A stretch of DNA of 53,221 bases from a virus. Lineage: Duplodnaviria > Caudoviricetes. The DNA is taken from IMG/VR virus record IMGVR_UViG_3300007734_000725, positions 1 through 53,221 of that record, one strand, 5' to 3'. A program made the position numbers and the translations under genes. Position 1 is the first letter of the stretch. Every line of letters starts with the position of its first letter. Below are positions 25,537 to 36,656 of this stretch, piece by piece. A model generated the notes under the pieces. The model did no database searches. It saw only the letters and a program-made list of their open reading frames with translations, and was not told the DNA's origin.

Positions 25537-26424
25537 GTGGAAGAAAACCAACTGTCTTCGGAAGAAGCGCAAAACCTATGGAATGAAGAGGCATCTAAGC
25601 TAAATGCCGACGATGATACGTCCGCATCTGAGCTTTTAGCCACCGCGCCGGAAACGCCGCAGGACTTCGAACCAGAACAAGCGCAAGTCGAACCGGAACA
25701 GCCGGAAGATCCTCTTGCCGGGCTATCGCCAACGGTGCGTGCCAAGTTGGCACAAATCGATGAGTTAGCACAGGCAAATGCTCAATTGCTGCACCATGTC
25801 AAAACGACCGAGGGTCGCGTGGCAGCGATGCAACGAGAAGCTCAGCAGGCACGTCAAGCAGCAATGCAAGAAGCGCCTACGCAGACAGCTATCGTCAGCG
25901 CCGCCAAGAACCCAGAGAAGTGGGAGCAGCTCAAGCAGGATTTCCCCGAGTGGGCAGGAGCGATGGAGGAATACGTCGCATCGAAGGTGGGAGGCCAGCA
26001 GCAACAAAGTTTGACACCCGAACAGGTAACAGGCTACGTGCAGCAGCAGGTCGCACAAACCCGCGCTGAGATGGGGCGCCTCATGGAAGAAGCGCGAATT
26101 GAAGGTAAGTACGAGAACTGGCGCGATACGGTCAACACGACTGAATTCGCGCAATGGTTTACCGTGCAGTCACCTGAGACTCGGGCCCTCGCTGACAGCT
26201 CGGCAGCTAGAGACGCGATCAAGATGCTTGACTTGTTCAATACATCTAAATCGGTTTCGGCTACGGACATCAAGCAAGAGCGCGGAGCACGTCTCGCTGC
26301 AGCCGCGACAACTCGAACTGGCCAGACACCGCCGCCTAAAACACTTGGCGACATGTCACCAGCTGAACTGTGGAACTACGAAGCCAAGAAACGTGAGCGA
26401 GAGCTCAAAGAACGCGGCTACTAA
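25537..26424 (+). CDS. capsid scaffolding protein
   Basis: Acidic, helical, Q/E/A-rich 295 aa immediately upstream of the capsid gene. Confidence 0.7.
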   Translation: MEENQLSSEEAQNLWNEEASKLNADDDTSASELLATAPETPQDFEPEQAQVEPEQPEDPLAGLSPTVRAKLAQIDELAQANAQLLHHVKTTEGRVAAMQREAQQARQAAMQEAPTQTAIVSAAKNPEKWEQLKQDFPEWAGAMEEYVASKVGGQQQQSLTPEQVTGYVQQQVAQTRAEMGRLMEEARIEGKYENWRDTVNTTEFAQWFTVQSPETRALADSSAARDAIKMLDLFNTSKSVSATDIKQERGARLAAAATTRTGQTPPPKTLGDMSPAELWNYEAKKRERELKERGY

Positions 26425-26452
26425 ATCAATTTTCAAAAAAGGAAACTAGACC

Positions 26453-27511
26453 ATGTCTATTCAAAATTACGGCACCGTAGCATCGCGAAATCTAATCCGC
26501 GCTGCTCAAGGTATGCTTGAACACGCACAGCCCATCACTGTTTTGGGCGACTTCGGTACTCAACGCGAGATGCCCCAGAACTCGACAGACACCTTGGTGT
26601 TCCGTCGTACTCTGCCTTTCGGCGCCTCTACTTCAGGTACAACAATCGAGAACTCTTCTCGCTATGTTGGTACTCCTGACATCACCGCTTCCAACTTCGT
26701 GTTGGCTGAGGGTGTGACACCTAACGCAAACACGATCTCTTTCCAAGACGTGTCTGTTCAGTTGCAACAATATGGCGTGCTTTTTAAGTACTCCAGCAAA
26801 GTTGAGCAGTTGTACGAAGACGACATCCCCGGCGAAATGGTCAAGCTCACAGGCGAGACATTGGCTGAGGTGATGGAGATGGTTCGTTACGGTGTGTTGA
26901 AGGCTGGCTCTACTGTGATCTATGCAAACGGTTCTAGCCGCTCTGCAATCAACACAGCTATCAGCTTGAACGCAATTCGTAAAGCAGCCCGTACGCTTGA
27001 GTCCAACCGTTCACGCCGCGTGACCAGCCGTCTGGCTCCCGGTGTTAACTTTGGCACTCGCGCTGTGCAGCCCGCATACGTTATCTTCTGCCACACTGAC
27101 GCTGTCAGCGACATCCGTAACTTGCCCGGCTTCACCCGCGTGGAAGAGTACGGTTCATTCAAGCCAATCCATGACCGCGAAATCGGCGCTTGCGAAGACT
27201 TCCGTTTCATCAGCTCACCCCTGTTGAAATCCTTTGCTGCTGCTGGTTCTGCAACCTTGAACGGCATGTTGTCTGTTGGCGCTGCTAACGTTGACGTGTA
27301 TCCCTTCATCATCATTGGTGAAGACTGCTGGGGCCAAGTCGCTCTCAAGGGCATGTCTGCCATCAAGCCTGTGGTCCTCAAAGCCTCACAGACCAACCAC
27401 GCCAACCCATTGGGCCAATTCGGCTACGTGGGCGCTTCTACATGGTTCGCGACTGTGCGTCTGAACGACGCCTTCATGGCCCGTATCGAAGCTGGTGTGA
27501 CCGCTCTGTAA
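26453..27511 (+). CDS. major capsid protein, N4-gp56 family
   Basis: LAEGVTP, LQQYG, HTD..SDIR.LPGF..VEEYG, EIGA.E..RF, NPLGQFGYVG. Confidence 0.9.
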   Translation: MSIQNYGTVASRNLIRAAQGMLEHAQPITVLGDFGTQREMPQNSTDTLVFRRTLPFGASTSGTTIENSSRYVGTPDITASNFVLAEGVTPNANTISFQDVSVQLQQYGVLFKYSSKVEQLYEDDIPGEMVKLTGETLAEVMEMVRYGVLKAGSTVIYANGSSRSAINTAISLNAIRKAARTLESNRSRRVTSRLAPGVNFGTRAVQPAYVIFCHTDAVSDIRNLPGFTRVEEYGSFKPIHDREIGACEDFRFISSPLLKSFAAAGSATLNGMLSVGAANVDVYPFIIIGEDCWGQVALKGMSAIKPVVLKASQTNHANPLGQFGYVGASTWFATVRLNDAFMARIEAGVTAL

Positions 27512-27561
27512 TGACCAGTCGGGGCTTTATGCCCCGGCGTCTTAACTAAAAGGAACACATC

Positions 27562-28032
27562 ATGCAATCGAACTACTGGAAACTTCTAAACGAAGACCGT
27601 TTGAACGACGTATCCGCATTGTCTGTTACGGCTCCCATCTTGGGTCCCGTTGCAAACGCTACGCTTGCTGCCGCGTCATCACTGACAGCGGCGGACAGCG
27701 GCGAGACATATTTTTTGTCTTCGGCTACTGAATTCGTAACTACTCTGCCCTTGCCTGCTGCGGGTTTGACCTACACTTTCATTGTGGCTGCGGCACCTTC
27801 TGGTGCCAGCTACACGGTTGTGACTAACGCCAGCGCCAATATCATCAAGGGCCAAGCGTACCCCGCTTCTGGCGCCGCTGGTGACACTGGCACAGCCGAC
27901 GACACCATCTCTTTTGTAGATGGCCAGTCGGTTGCAGGCGACCGCGTAACTGTCATTAGTGATGGCACAAGTTGGTTTGCCTACGCGCATTGCGCAGTGG
28001 CTGCTGGCGTGACATTTACTCAGGCTTCTTAA
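27562..28032 (+). CDS. putative capsid decoration / minor structural protein
   Basis: TLPLPAAGLTYTF...GDRV..ISDGTSWF beta-rich pattern; follows the capsid gene. Confidence 0.6.
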   Translation: MQSNYWKLLNEDRLNDVSALSVTAPILGPVANATLAAASSLTAADSGETYFLSSATEFVTTLPLPAAGLTYTFIVAAAPSGASYTVVTNASANIIKGQAYPASGAAGDTGTADDTISFVDGQSVAGDRVTVISDGTSWFAYAHCAVAAGVTFTQAS

Positions 28033-28058
28033 TAATCTTTTTCCTAAAGGAATAAATC

Positions 28059-28496
28059 ATGTCATACAACATCGAACAAGCCAATAGTGGCTATCTCTCG
28101 CTGACCGCTGCCGGCCTAGCCGAAGGCACTAACAGTGCAACTTTTAAGACTGTTAACACCTTGACTTTTACAAGCAATGGTATTTTTAAGTCTAAGGCTG
28201 CTACTGACAACTTGACATTCACTGCCGGTACAGCTTTGGCTGCATCACAGGCTTGCTTGTTTGCAGTGTGGATTACATCTGGCGGCACGGTATCGACCTC
28301 GCAAGGTCCTATCGTTGCAGCAGGCGATCCATGCCCAGTGCCCGGTCAGGTTACAGCCGGTACAACTTTGGTCGGTTTGATCAAAGTCACTACCAGTTCT
28401 GCCGTTACGTTCACGCCAGCTACTACCGATCTGTCTGCCTCCGGCATCACAGCCGCGTACTCTGATTGCATGGACATGCCCGGCTCAGCCCAGTAA
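28059..28496 (+). CDS. putative structural protein
   Basis: 145 aa, A/T-rich, strong RBS, followed by a terminator. Confidence 0.65.
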   Translation: MSYNIEQANSGYLSLTAAGLAEGTNSATFKTVNTLTFTSNGIFKSKAATDNLTFTAGTALAASQACLFAVWITSGGTVSTSQGPIVAAGDPCPVPGQVTAGTTLVGLIKVTTSSAVTFTPATTDLSASGITAAYSDCMDMPGSAQ

Positions 28497-28524
28497 GTTG
28501 CCATCTCTCCTAACGGAGGGTTTC

Positions 28525-28553
28525 GCAGGTTGCCTTCGGGCAGCCTGCTTTTT
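28525..28553 (+). terminator. intrinsic terminator ending the head operon
   Basis: GCAGGTTGCC-TTCG-GGCAGCCTGC-TTTTT. Confidence 0.85.
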
Positions 28554-28591
28554 GGCAAACTAATTTTTTTAAACCTAACGGAGAATAGAAG

Positions 28592-29014
28592 ATGGCAAAA
28601 AAAGAAGTAGTCGCAGGAATTGAAATCATTGACGACACACCAACAGTTGATCCAGTTTCCCAAGTTGTAGATTTTCGTGAGCTTGCAGCAAGCGAAGCAT
28701 TCATGAACGAAATGGTTGAAGTCATGGTGCACGCTAGCACTGACGAAAACCAATCTCCTCATGTAATTCTTAATTGCAATGGAACTAATCAACCAATCAT
28801 GCGCGGCGTGCCAATGCGCGTTCGTCGCAAGTATGTCGAGATCTTGGCACGTATGAAGGAAACTAAATACAGCCAAGTAACTCGCAACCCAGCAGCGCCC
28901 GATCAAATCGACATGATTGCGCGCCATGGTTTGGCTTATCCTTTTGAGTTGATGCACGACGACAATCCTCGCGGACGTGCATGGCTTCAAAACGTTTTGG
29001 CTGAACCCGCTTAA
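28592..29014 (+). CDS. hypothetical morphogenesis protein
   Basis: 140 aa, GGAG RBS. Confidence 0.7.
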   Translation: MAKKEVVAGIEIIDDTPTVDPVSQVVDFRELAASEAFMNEMVEVMVHASTDENQSPHVILNCNGTNQPIMRGVPMRVRRKYVEILARMKETKYSQVTRNPAAPDQIDMIARHGLAYPFELMHDDNPRGRAWLQNVLAEPA

Positions 29015-29029
29015 ACACGGGGTGACCTA

Positions 29030-29722
29030 GTGAACTATCTCCAGCTTATCAACCGGCTGCGCGTGGAGTGCGGCGTCTCCGGCGCCAGCACGCCGCTGAT
29101 CACCGTTACTGGTTTGACCGGCGAATCCTACCGGATGGCAAGCTGGATCAATAGTGCTTGGGTCGATGTGCAAACGGCCAAAGAAGACTGGCAGTGGATG
29201 CGTTATCCAGTGCAATTCAACACGGTCACACAACAACAAATTTACACCCCCACCGAAGCCGGTGTGGGGTCTACTTTTGGAAACTGGAAACGCGATAGTT
29301 GGCGCGCTTCGTCTGTAGGACAAAACTACAAAGACGAGCAGCTGATGAACTACATGGACTACACGACGTTCCGCAACCTGTACATGTACGGGAATATGCG
29401 TACAACGTATGCGCGCCCAGTAGTCGTCACGATTGACCCAGATAAGAACTTAGGCTTCGGCTCAATACCAGATCAGCCCTACGTCATTGTGGGCGAGTAC
29501 TATGTTCAGCCGACAGAGTTTGTTGATGCTACGGACGCACCGCCCAGCGTGTTTCCTACGCGCTTTCAGATGATGATTGTTTACAGAGCCATGATGTTTT
29601 ACGGCGGTTATGAATCAGCGCCAGAAGTCTATCAACGTGGCGAATTTGAATTTAAGCGATTGATGAACCGACTGGACATCGATCAGCTGCCAACAGTCGT
29701 CAGCGGCCCGCCCCTTGCATAA
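29030..29722 (+). CDS. head-tail adaptor / tail tubular protein A-like
   Basis: MNYLQLINRLR.E, WINSAW..V....W.WMR, P.RF...IVYRAM pattern; position. Confidence 0.7.
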   Translation: MNYLQLINRLRVECGVSGASTPLITVTGLTGESYRMASWINSAWVDVQTAKEDWQWMRYPVQFNTVTQQQIYTPTEAGVGSTFGNWKRDSWRASSVGQNYKDEQLMNYMDYTTFRNLYMYGNMRTTYARPVVVTIDPDKNLGFGSIPDQPYVIVGEYYVQPTEFVDATDAPPSVFPTRFQMMIVYRAMMFYGGYESAPEVYQRGEFEFKRLMNRLDIDQLPTVVSGPPLA

Positions 29723-29731
29723 GGCGCACAA

Positions 29732-31777
29732 ATGCAGCTGACCACGCCTAAAGTCAATTACGATCTAATCCGCCTTAACGGCGGCTTGGATCAGGTTACC
29801 CCAACACTTTCTTTGCCCCCGGGCGTAGCGCGACGCGCTGCTAATTTTGAGTGTTCAATCACTGGCGGCTACACACGCATTGCGGGCTATGAGCGTTTTG
29901 ATGGGCGGCCCAGTCCGTCGTCTGCTACTTACAACATTTTGGTTTGCACGTTTACGGGCACGGTTACTGTTGGCCAAACGGTTACCGGATCTATATCGGC
30001 AGCTACCGGTAGAGTAATTGCTGTTACCGTTGCGTCGGTGGTTATTACCCGTGAGACCGGAAACTTTGTAGTTAACGATGTTTTAAACAACGGCGCCGGT
30101 ACTGTGGCCACCGTTACGGCGGTTCAAGGCGTGTCGGCCGATGGACTGACCGACGCAACATATCAAAACCTTGCGGCCGACAATTACCGAGCTGACATTA
30201 CCGCTGTGCCCGGATCGGGCTCCGTTCTTGGTGTAGCCTATTACAACGGCGTCTGCTACGCGTGGCGTAATAACGCCGGCGGTACTGCTGCCGTGATGCA
30301 CCGGTCAAGCAGCTCTGGCTGGGTTGCGGTTACTCTTGGCAAGACCATGTCGTTTGATAGCGGCATTCTTGCTATACCAGACGGCTCTACCCTAACCGGT
30401 CAAAGCAGCGGGGCCACGGGCGTGGTTGCGCGCACAGTGCTTGAGGACGGTAGCTGGGCAGCGCACGACGCTTCAGGCCAATTGATCTTGTCCAGCACTA
30501 CCGGCACGTTTACCGTGGGCGAGAATTTGCGAATTGGGGCGACGGTTTACGCGCACGTTTTAACGGTGCCCGTACAAATTACTTTGGCGGTCGGCGGCCG
30601 GTACGAAACCACCGTTGCAAATTTTGGCGGCGGCACAGCAAATTACAAGTTGTATGGAGCAAGCGGTGTAAACAGTGCCTTTGAGTTTGATGGTACAACC
30701 TATGTGCCAATTAGGACCGGCATGGCTGTTGACACACCTTTACACATTTGCTTTCACAAACAACATTTGTTTTTGAGTTTTGGCGCCTCTGTGCAATTTT
30801 CAGCTCTTGGCTACCCTTACCAGTGGACGCCGTTGCTGGGCGCTGGCGAAATTGCAATGAACGGTGAAGTTACTAACATGCTGGTGCTGCCGGGCGATCA
30901 GTCAAGCGGCGCTTTAGGCGTTTACACACGAAGCGACACCTCGGTGCTGTACGGCACAAGCTCCGCAAATTTTAGTTTGTCTACATTTAACAGCGGCACG
31001 GGTGCTATTGCATACACGGCGCAGAACATGGACCAAGCGTATGTGTTGGACGACAGGGGCATTATTAGTCTGGGCACATCGCTGAACTTTGGTAACTTTG
31101 TGCCGGCGTCGTTGACCATGAACATTCCTAAATTTATCGAGCAGCACCGAGGACTGGCTGTTGGCAGTACGGTCAACCGAGACAAGGGCCAGTACCGGGT
31201 GTTCTTTTCAGACGGAACAGGCCTTTACATGACAATCCTAAACGGCCAAGTTTTGGGCAGTATGCCAATACAGTTTGCGCACAACATTAACTGTTCCGTT
31301 GACAGCGAAGCGCCTAGCGGCGGCACGGTCCAATTCTTTGGTTCGACTAATGGGTACGTGTACCAAATGGATTTAGGTACGAGCTTTGACGGCGACTTTA
31401 TTCCGGCCAACATAAACTTGGTTTACAACTCAACAAAATCGCCTCGAATTTTAAAACGTTATCGCAAAGCTGCTGTAGAGTTGTCGGGGGATTCCTACGC
31501 CGAAATTCAATTTGGTTATGACCTTGGCTACCGTACAGCAGCATTGACCCAGCCCGATGATGCCTCATACCAAAACGACTTGAGATCAAGCTACTGGGAC
31601 GACATGAGTTGGGACAATTTTGTGTGGGATGGGTCTGACATATCTCCGTCTGAGATTGAAGTTACGGGAACCGCCGAAAACATGGCCATTCGCGTTTCTA
31701 CAAACTCTGATCTTTTTGAGCCTTTTACGGTGAATAACATTATTGTGCACTACACCCTACGCCGAGGACTTCGATGA
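29732..31777 (+). CDS. tail tubular protein B / DNA-stabilisation (nozzle) protein
   Basis: 681 aa, beta-rich, N-terminal GGLD...NFE....GGY.RI.GY.RFD; podovirus synteny. Confidence 0.7.
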   Translation: MQLTTPKVNYDLIRLNGGLDQVTPTLSLPPGVARRAANFECSITGGYTRIAGYERFDGRPSPSSATYNILVCTFTGTVTVGQTVTGSISAATGRVIAVTVASVVITRETGNFVVNDVLNNGAGTVATVTAVQGVSADGLTDATYQNLAADNYRADITAVPGSGSVLGVAYYNGVCYAWRNNAGGTAAVMHRSSSSGWVAVTLGKTMSFDSGILAIPDGSTLTGQSSGATGVVARTVLEDGSWAAHDASGQLILSSTTGTFTVGENLRIGATVYAHVLTVPVQITLAVGGRYETTVANFGGGTANYKLYGASGVNSAFEFDGTTYVPIRTGMAVDTPLHICFHKQHLFLSFGASVQFSALGYPYQWTPLLGAGEIAMNGEVTNMLVLPGDQSSGALGVYTRSDTSVLYGTSSANFSLSTFNSGTGAIAYTAQNMDQAYVLDDRGIISLGTSLNFGNFVPASLTMNIPKFIEQHRGLAVGSTVNRDKGQYRVFFSDGTGLYMTILNGQVLGSMPIQFAHNINCSVDSEAPSGGTVQFFGSTNGYVYQMDLGTSFDGDFIPANINLVYNSTKSPRILKRYRKAAVELSGDSYAEIQFGYDLGYRTAALTQPDDASYQNDLRSSYWDDMSWDNFVWDGSDISPSEIEVTGTAENMAIRVSTNSDLFEPFTVNNIIVHYTLRRGLR

Positions 31778-33906
31778 GCAATCCGTACTATACCCACACC
31801 ACCTATCCAACGCCCAACTCGCCGGGCTCATCGGCATCGTTGCGCAATGAGCTAGAGAACATCACCCTTGGTTTTGATTTGTTGCCGACTTTGGCCGCCA
31901 ACGGTTACAAAGTTGCAATGGTCAATTCCGCAGGCACGGCGCTGATTGCTTCGGCTGCTTTGCAGGCTTTGGCCATCACGTCTTCAACAATCAATAGCAC
32001 AACGATTGGCGCCTCAAGCCCGAGCACCGGTGCCTTCACTACTGTCAGCGCAACGACCTTTACCGGGGCTGTTGTAGGCAACGCGTCGACGGCGACTGCT
32101 TTGGCTACGGCCAGAACAATTGGCGGCACCAGCTTTGACGGTACGGCTAATGTCACGTCTTTTCCCGCGCCCGGTGCTATTGGCAACGCAACCCCAAACA
32201 CCGGGGCTTTTACCACCCTTAGTGCAACAGGGGCCACCACGCTATCTGCTGCTTTAACTTATGGTGGCGTAACCCTTAGTAATGCAGTCACCGGAACTGG
32301 AAATATGGTGCTATCCACCAGCCCAGTTCTTGTAACCCCCAATCTTGGTACACCTAGCACCTTGGTTGGAACAAACATCACAGGTACTGCAGCGGGCCTT
32401 ACTGCGGGTAATGTCACGACCAATGCCAACCTAACTGGTGAGGTAACCTCAGTAGGTAATGCAGCAACGCTAACTAATGCTTCTGTGATTGGCAAGGTGC
32501 TAACAGGTTATGTATCTGGCGCGGGAACGGTTGCGGCCACTGATTCAATTTTGCAAGCCATTCAAAAATTAAATGGCAATGCTGCAACTATTCCAAATTT
32601 AACGGGCGCAATTACTTCCGTTGGAAATGCCACATCCCTTGGCTCTTTTAGTTCAGCTAACCTTTTGGGTGCTCTAACAGATGAGACCGGCACAGGGTCT
32701 GCGGTATTTGCCACAAGTCCAACTCTAGTTACACCTATTCTCGGTACACCAACAAGTGCGACTTTGACCAATGCCACAGGGCTTCCAATTTCAACCGGCG
32801 TGTCTGGCCTAGGTACAGGCGTAGCAACGGCTCTAGCGGTTAATGTAGGCTCTTCTGGCGCACCTTTGGTCAATGGTGGTGTGCTTGGTACGCCATCTAG
32901 CGGAACTGCGACGAACCTCACGGGTCTACCAATCTCAACTGGCGTAAGTGGTTTAGGTACGGGTATAGCAACTTTCCTAGCAACCCCTTCAAGTGCAAAC
33001 CTAATCTCTGCTGTAACAGATGAAACTGGCACAGGATCGTTAGTCTTTGCCACAAGTCCAACTCTAGTTACACCTATTCTTGGTACACCAACAAGTGCGA
33101 CTTTGACCAATGCAACTGGTTTGCCTCTGACAACTGGCGTAACAGGTCAGCTCCCTGTTGCCAATGGTGGAACAGGAACAGCAACTCCTAGTATCGTTGC
33201 GGGTACAAACGTAACTGTTACTGGTACATGGCCTAATCAGACTATTAACTCCACAGCAAGCGGAACTGGCGATGTTGTTGGCCCTGCCTCCTCAACAGAT
33301 AATGCTTTTGCTCGTTTTGATAGCACTACAGGTAAGTTGCTTCAGAACTCTACTGGTGCGACATTGAGTGATACTGGTGCGGCTGTGTTTACAGGGGCCT
33401 TAGATGTTCTTGGGAACTCAACTGCTGGCTCTAATTTAAAGCTGTATGAAGACACAGATAACGGCACAAACTATGTGTCATTTAAAGCACCAGACACCAT
33501 TGCTGCCAATGTAACTTGGACACTCCCTGCTGCTGATGGAACAAGCGCACAAGTCTTGTCAACCAATGGCACAGGAACTTTGTCATGGGCTACTGCGGGT
33601 GGAACAGTATCTCTGTCTAACGACACCTCCACAGCCACTAACGTCTATCCTTTGTTTGCAGATGCAACATCTGGTACGGCTACAACGCTGTACACTGGCA
33701 ATGCTAAGTTGCTGTACAAACCAAGCACTGGTGAACTTGCTTCTTCGGTTATCAATGCAAGCAATGGTATTGTGGTGAACAGCCAAACAGTATCTGTAAG
33801 TTACACGATAGCAACAGGAAGTTCGGGCATGTCTTCTGGTCCCGTCACTGTGGCATCCGGTCAATCAGTCACAATTTCTAGCGGTTCACGCTGGGTTGTT
33901 TTGTAA
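31774..33906 (+). CDS. tail fibre protein with internal repeats
   Basis: 710 aa, T/G/A/S-rich; duplicated TDETGTGSxVFATSPTLVTPILGTPTSATLTNATGLP; GDVVGPASSTDNA..RFD.TTGKLLQNS. Confidence 0.8.
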   Translation: MSNPYYTHTTYPTPNSPGSSASLRNELENITLGFDLLPTLAANGYKVAMVNSAGTALIASAALQALAITSSTINSTTIGASSPSTGAFTTVSATTFTGAVVGNASTATALATARTIGGTSFDGTANVTSFPAPGAIGNATPNTGAFTTLSATGATTLSAALTYGGVTLSNAVTGTGNMVLSTSPVLVTPNLGTPSTLVGTNITGTAAGLTAGNVTTNANLTGEVTSVGNAATLTNASVIGKVLTGYVSGAGTVAATDSILQAIQKLNGNAATIPNLTGAITSVGNATSLGSFSSANLLGALTDETGTGSAVFATSPTLVTPILGTPTSATLTNATGLPISTGVSGLGTGVATALAVNVGSSGAPLVNGGVLGTPSSGTATNLTGLPISTGVSGLGTGIATFLATPSSANLISAVTDETGTGSLVFATSPTLVTPILGTPTSATLTNATGLPLTTGVTGQLPVANGGTGTATPSIVAGTNVTVTGTWPNQTINSTASGTGDVVGPASSTDNAFARFDSTTGKLLQNSTGATLSDTGAAVFTGALDVLGNSTAGSNLKLYEDTDNGTNYVSFKAPDTIAANVTWTLPAADGTSAQVLSTNGTGTLSWATAGGTVSLSNDTSTATNVYPLFADATSGTATTLYTGNAKLLYKPSTGELASSVINASNGIVVNSQTVSVSYTIATGSSGMSSGPVTVASGQSVTISSGSRWVVL
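32707..33113 (+). repeat. 68-nt direct repeat within the fibre gene
   Basis: 32707-32774 and 33046-33113 differ at one base. Confidence 0.85.
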
Positions 33907-33915
33907 GGAAATTTT

Positions 33916-35589
33916 ATGAGTTCAATAGTTATTGCTGGCGACACATCGGGCAGCGTCACGCTACAAGCCCCTGCGGTGGCGGGGACAACAACTTTAAATC
34001 TTCCGTCTACAACAGGAACAATAGCACTTACATCGGGTCTGCCTTCTGCCGCTACGCCTACTGCATTGGGTACTGTGTATGGCAAGCAAACGACAAGCGG
34101 TGGGACACCTTATTTAACTGCTATTGGATATAATGCCGCTAGTTCTACTACTGGAGTTGGCGCAACTGCTGTTGGTGTAGAAGCGTTATATACAAACTCT
34201 ACTGGCGCACGAAGTACCGCTATGGGGTATAGGGCTGGTTACTCAAATACTGGTGATAATAATTTATTTATTGGCAATCAATCAGGTTTTACTAACACAA
34301 CAGGAACTGCAAACTCTTTTGTAGGTGGGATGGATTCTAATAATTGGCCTCCCGGTTACTACAACACAACTGGAAGCAACAATAGCGCATTTGGTGGTGG
34401 GGCATTAAGGGCAAACACCACAGGTTCAAATAATACCGCAGTCGGAACAGATGCTTTGCACCTTAACACCACAGCATCTAACAACACTGCCGTAGGTTAT
34501 GCCGCATTAGATGCAAATACAACTGGTGTTGAAAATACCGCTGTTGGTTTTAATGCGTTAGGGGCTACCACTACGGGTCAATATGATGTAGGTGTTGGCG
34601 CATATGCACTTGCACTTAACACCACGGGAAGTAACAATGTTGGGGTTGGTTATGGCGCACTTGTTGGCAATACCACGGCATCAGACAACACCTCTACTGG
34701 TTATTATGCCCTTCAAGCTAATACAACAGGGGCAAACAACACGGCTGTTGGGTCTCAAGCCGCTTACACAAATACAACGGGTGCTAACAATGTTGCTATT
34801 GGAGGTTTAGCTCTTACCTCTAACACCACGGCTAGTTACAACAATGCAATGGGGTATCAAGCGCTTAAATTTAACACCACAGGAAGTGAAAATACGGCTA
34901 CTGGCAATGGTGCAATGTTTACAAACACCACTGGTTCTTATTGTGCGGCTCATGGGGCGGCGGCTCTTTACAATAATACCACCGGCACAAGCAACACTGG
35001 TTTGGGATACCTAGCGGGGTATAACGTCACAACTGGAACTGACAACACATTTGTCGGAAGAAGTGCAGGTTCTAATTTAACAACAGGTTCGTATTCAATT
35101 TATATTGGGCAAGGCGCTCAACCATCTTCCGCTGGTAACTCATCAGAACTTGTAATAGGGGCGCAAGCCGTAGGTAAAGGAAGCGGAACAAGTTTAATTT
35201 ATGGTGGTAGTGGTGGTGCTTATCAGGGTAACAACTCATCTACATGGTCAACAACTTCTGACCAAAGACTGAAGAAAAACATTGTTGACAATACAGTTGG
35301 CTTAAATGCAATCAACTCTATTCGAGTACGCAACTTTGAGTATCGTTTGCCCGATGAAGTTGATGCCGAACTCAAGCCAACTGACGCAATCAAAAAGTCT
35401 GGTGTTCAACTTGGTGTAATTGCTCAAGAACTGCAAGCCGTTCTGCCTGAGTGCGTAAAGACTGAATCAACTGGTGTTATGTCTGTAGATACCGATAACC
35501 TAACTTGGTACATGATAAATGCCATCAAGGAACAGCAAGCCTTAATCACTACGTTGACAGAACGTATCACAGCGTTAGAAGGAGCCTAA
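33916..35589 (+). CDS. tail fibre/spike with NTTGxxNTAVG repeats and C-terminal peptidase S74 intramolecular chaperone
   Basis: 14-aa repeats; [23 protein letters not shown]. Confidence 0.85.
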   Translation: MSSIVIAGDTSGSVTLQAPAVAGTTTLNLPSTTGTIALTSGLPSAATPTALGTVYGKQTTSGGTPYLTAIGYNAASSTTGVGATAVGVEALYTNSTGARSTAMGYRAGYSNTGDNNLFIGNQSGFTNTTGTANSFVGGMDSNNWPPGYYNTTGSNNSAFGGGALRANTTGSNNTAVGTDALHLNTTASNNTAVGYAALDANTTGVENTAVGFNALGATTTGQYDVGVGAYALALNTTGSNNVGVGYGALVGNTTASDNTSTGYYALQANTTGANNTAVGSQAAYTNTTGANNVAIGGLALTSNTTASYNNAMGYQALKFNTTGSENTATGNGAMFTNTTGSYCAAHGAAALYNNTTGTSNTGLGYLAGYNVTTGTDNTFVGRSAGSNLTTGSYSIYIGQGAQPSSAGNSSELVIGAQAVGKGSGTSLIYGGSGGAYQGNNSSTWSTTSDQRLKKNIVDNTVGLNAINSIRVRNFEYRLPDEVDAELKPTDAIKKSGVQLGVIAQELQAVLPECVKTESTGVMSVDTDNLTWYMINAIKEQQALITTLTERITALEGA

Positions 35590-35591
35590 TC

Positions 35592-36377
35592 ATGGCAAGC
35601 ATAATCAATGCAGCAACATCAGGTGGGCTAGTCACCACTGCTGACACATCGGGCATCTTACAACTGCAAACGGCAGGGACTACTGCTGTGACTGTGGATG
35701 CTTCACAAAGAGTTGGTATTGGAACTACAACTCCTGCAAAACCTTTAAATATTGCTAGTTCTGCTACTACTGAGGTTTGGATTGAATCAACTAGCACTCA
35801 AAAAGCAATTTTAAGTTTGTCTGCGGGTGACACTTCGGTTGGTATCACATCTACATACAACTCAGGTGGTTCAGCACCTAGACCATTTATTTTTTACAAT
35901 GTTAGTACACCACTTCTTCAGTTTGATTTAGGTAAATCGATTGCACTTCAAGGTGCAACACCTGCAACAGGCACAGGCATCACATTCCCTGCAACTCAAT
36001 CAGCATCTACAGACGCTAATACCTTAGATGACTATGAGGAGGGGACTTGGACACCAACTGTTACTCTAAACACTGGAACTGCTACAGCTTACACAATTGG
36101 AACTGCAACTTATACAAAAACAGGAAGAGTGGTTGTTGTTATAGGCTCAATAATTGGCACTAATGGAACTTTTGGTAGTACAAATAGTTATGCACGAATG
36201 ACAGGGTTACCCTTTACTTGTGCTACACGGGTTGGTACAGGGTCTGGTGGAAATAGCAGTAATTTAAATAATGGTGTAGCAACAACATTTGCTTATTCAA
36301 CAACAGTAGATGTAGCTTTTACATCTGGCGTTACTAGCACCAATGAGTTTGCTTTTACAGCAACTTATTTCGTTTAA
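35592..36377 (+). CDS. tail fibre-like protein
   Basis: RVGIGTTTP, GITFPATQSASTDANTLDDYEEGTWTP, YTKTGRVV. Confidence 0.75.
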   Translation: MASIINAATSGGLVTTADTSGILQLQTAGTTAVTVDASQRVGIGTTTPAKPLNIASSATTEVWIESTSTQKAILSLSAGDTSVGITSTYNSGGSAPRPFIFYNVSTPLLQFDLGKSIALQGATPATGTGITFPATQSASTDANTLDDYEEGTWTPTVTLNTGTATAYTIGTATYTKTGRVVVVIGSIIGTNGTFGSTNSYARMTGLPFTCATRVGTGSGGNSSNLNNGVATTFAYSTTVDVAFTSGVTSTNEFAFTATYFV

Positions 36378-36390
36378 TTGAAAGCACAAT

Positions 36391-36654
36391 ATGTCTTTAA
36401 CTAAAACTACCACAGTCGATCAAATTACAGTAACCGAGAACGGCATCGTTCTCTATCGTGAGGCTACACGCATCATGGAAGATGGCAACCAAATCAGCCA
36501 AACATTCCATCGTTCAAGCCTCACACCCGCACAAGACTTGACAGGCGTTCCCGATAATGTCGTTGCAATCTGCAATGCGGCTTGGACTGCTGAGGTGGTA
36601 GCGGCTTATCAAGCGGCACAGGCTGCGGCTGAAGCGGCACGACAAGGAGCTTAA
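36391..36654 (+). CDS. small fibre-associated protein
   Basis: VDQITV.ENG.V..R.AT.I.EDG..IS..FHR...[16 protein letters not shown]. Confidence 0.7.
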   Translation: MSLTKTTTVDQITVTENGIVLYREATRIMEDGNQISQTFHRSSLTPAQDLTGVPDNVVAICNAAWTAEVVAAYQAAQAAAEAARQGA

Positions 36655-36656
36655 TC